56,648 nt of DNA from Candidatus Woesearchaeota archaeon (lineage in GTDB: Archaea > Nanobdellota > Nanobdellia > Woesearchaeales > UBA10216): assembly GCA_016180085.1 (NCBI GenBank), contig JACPBX010000005.1, forward strand, positions 1-56,648, written 5' to 3'. Below the pieces are notes generated by a model. It made no database searches and had not been told where the DNA came from. It worked only from the letters and a program-made list of their open reading frames with translations. A program made the position numbers and the translations under genes. Numbering within the stretch: position 1 is the first letter of the stretch; the number at the start of each line of letters is the position of its first letter. Shown here in pieces: positions 55,287 to 56,648 of the stretch.

Positions 55287-56045
55287 TTACTTCTTTGGTG
55301 CCTGGTACTTCTTCAGCCCTAACGCCTTGTACCGCGCAGGGTCTTCACTGGTGCTCAAAGTATCCACACGCTGAAATATTTCCTGCATTGGCGTTAATGT
55401 GGATATGTACCTTGCAACGTTGTCAGGTGTTGCGGTATGCGTATCCCTAAGGTGCTTGACAAGGTATGCCCTGAACTTGTGCTCATTCTTTTGATTTACC
55501 CTTTCAAGCCTATGTTGCGTGATGTAGTGGTCTATTACGCTGTCTTTTAGATGATTGGTGAACTGGCGCACGCTTTGCGCCCATAGGGTAGCCTCACCGC
55601 TTCTAAGCCCGCCAAGTAGTGCTCCTAGCCGCTCTTCTTCAGCTCCGAGATAACTGGCTGCGAGTTGTAAGAGGTGATTTAACCTTTCCTGGTCGCCCTC
55701 AAACCCTCCTGAGCTTTTGAGCGCTTCGAAGGTCTTAGCATGCTCAGCTTCTGCGCCACCCAGTTTCTTAAGCGTCTCAACTACTATCAATTCCAAAGCG
55801 TCGGCAATAGATTTTGGATCTTTTTTCTCCTGCAACCCTTTTTCCTTAGCTGTGGCATAAGCGCTGTGATAAATATCATCAAACAGCTTTTCCGTGCCGC
55901 CCTCTATCGGGCCAAACTTTTGGAACTTCATTGCACGAACGTTCTGGGGCGAGCGGTATTCCAAGTGCTCTTTAAATTTGGCTGCCTCTTCTGCGCTTAT
56001 CCCTCCAAGGATTTCTTCCAAGCGGCTTTCAGGCGTTGGTGGCAT
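55287..56045 (-). CDS. Hypothetical helical protein (ORFan)
   Basis: 252-aa ORF with GAGGTGA SD and a downstream T-rich terminator (minus strand, ~55235-55285). Confidence 0.7.
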   Translation of the reverse strand: MPPTPESRLEEILGGISAEEAAKFKEHLEYRSPQNVRAMKFQKFGPIEGGTEKLFDDIYHSAYATAKEKGLQEKKDPKSIADALELIVVETLKKLGGAEAEHAKTFEALKSSGGFEGDQERLNHLLQLAASYLGAEEERLGALLGGLRSGEATLWAQSVRQFTNHLKDSVIDHYITQHRLERVNQKNEHKFRAYLVKHLRDTHTATPDNVARYISTLTPMQEIFQRVDTLSTSEDPARYKALGLKKYQAPKK

Positions 56046-56220
56046 ATTTCAATCACCTCATTGTTTTCTTCAATAGCTTGACTAAAGCTTGCTTAACCTG
56101 GCAGTAAAGCTTCAAGGTGCATTATTTAAAGTTTTTCACTATTAATCACTTCAGTGTAAATACGAAGCTAAAAAGCAAGCCACCAAACATTTAAATACTC
56201 TCCTGAACACCGCTTTTTCA

Positions 56221-56648
56221 ATGGCGAAAAAGAAAGCTGAGGCGAAGAAAGGTGGCGGTAGCGATTATAAAGTTGCTGCAAAAGACGCGAAGCCAAAATA
56301 CGATGCTTCTGAGATTGAGAAGGCCGCAGGCGCTGCGGCAACGGCAGCTGCAGGGGCTCCTGTGGACGAATTCGAGCTTCTGGCATCAAAACTGCCAAAG
56401 GAGGCTCAGGAAAAGCTCCGCGACATCAAGGTTAAGCTTGACAAGTTCAAGTCTGCTGTTTTGGCGAAGTTTGACAAGTACATAATGGGCATTGCCCTGC
56501 TTCCTCCTCCAATGCCGCAGCAGCCAGGCATGCAAGGCGTTTTTGCTCCGGGTCAGCTTCCTCCAACGCTCCAGCCGCAGATGCAGGCGACACAGCAACA
56601 GCAGCAGGCGACTGAAAGCCCGGATGGCAGCGACAATAATTCGCAGAT
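56221..56648 (+). CDS. 5' part of a conserved hypothetical protein, possibly the Woesearchaeota nucleotidyltransferase-domain family (runs off the window end)
   Basis: Open frame from ATG 56221: K/A-rich N-terminus, KLDKFK..VL.KFDKYIMGIALLPP, then a P/Q-rich insert; the family link is from memory and no catalytic motif lies inside the window. Confidence 0.55.
   Translation, partial: MAKKKAEAKKGGGSDYKVAAKDAKPKYDASEIEKAAGAAATAAAGAPVDEFELLASKLPKEAQEKLRDIKVKLDKFKSAVLAKFDKYIMGIALLPPPMPQQPGMQGVFAPGQLPPTLQPQMQATQQQQQATESPDGSDNNSQ

Noticed and set aside
1-56648. CRISPR arrays, tRNA/rRNA genes and IS transposases
   Set aside because: I saw no regularly spaced repeats, no cloverleaf with T-loop/D-loop consensus and no DDE/Y1/serine transposase motifs. 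The 48.8-kb hairpins do not fit a tRNA.

Overview
Archaeal chromosome segment, most likely DPANN (Woesearchaeota-like). The evidence is RpoL, RpoF, L21e, a PAC2 chaperone, membrane-anchored LonB, DUF655 and an aIF5A-like gene, mostly monocistronic genes with BRE/TATA boxes about 22-35 nt before the ATG, and GG(A/G)GGTG Shine-Dalgarno sites on the genes that have leaders. Housekeeping genes are copA (partial), argS, lonB with a 511-aa LAGLIDADG intein, ileS, thrS (broken), rpe, uppS, a trans-prenyltransferase, a METTL5-like methyltransferase and xerA. They are interleaved with about 20 ORFans and six toxin-antitoxin-like modules. No rRNA, tRNA, CRISPR array or transposase was recognised. The most interesting observations are: (1) an aIF5A homologue whose hypusine lysine is replaced by Thr (GTHMHSK instead of GKHG); (2) about 10-15 kb away, a dhs-speD-speB polyamine cluster flanked by two stand-alone DUF2156 (tRNA-dependent aminoacyltransferase-fold) paralogues, with a candidate uORF upstream of speD; (3) a four-hairpin 5' leader in front of a small basic tandem-repeat protein; (4) an IleRS with the non-canonical ALHH signature; (5) a thrS with a deletion plus frameshift in the editing domain; (6) xerA with a very AT-rich tract and dif-like arms beside an ORFan island that carries two 19-bp tandem duplications. 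Family assignments come from motif recognition and recall only; no database searches were run.
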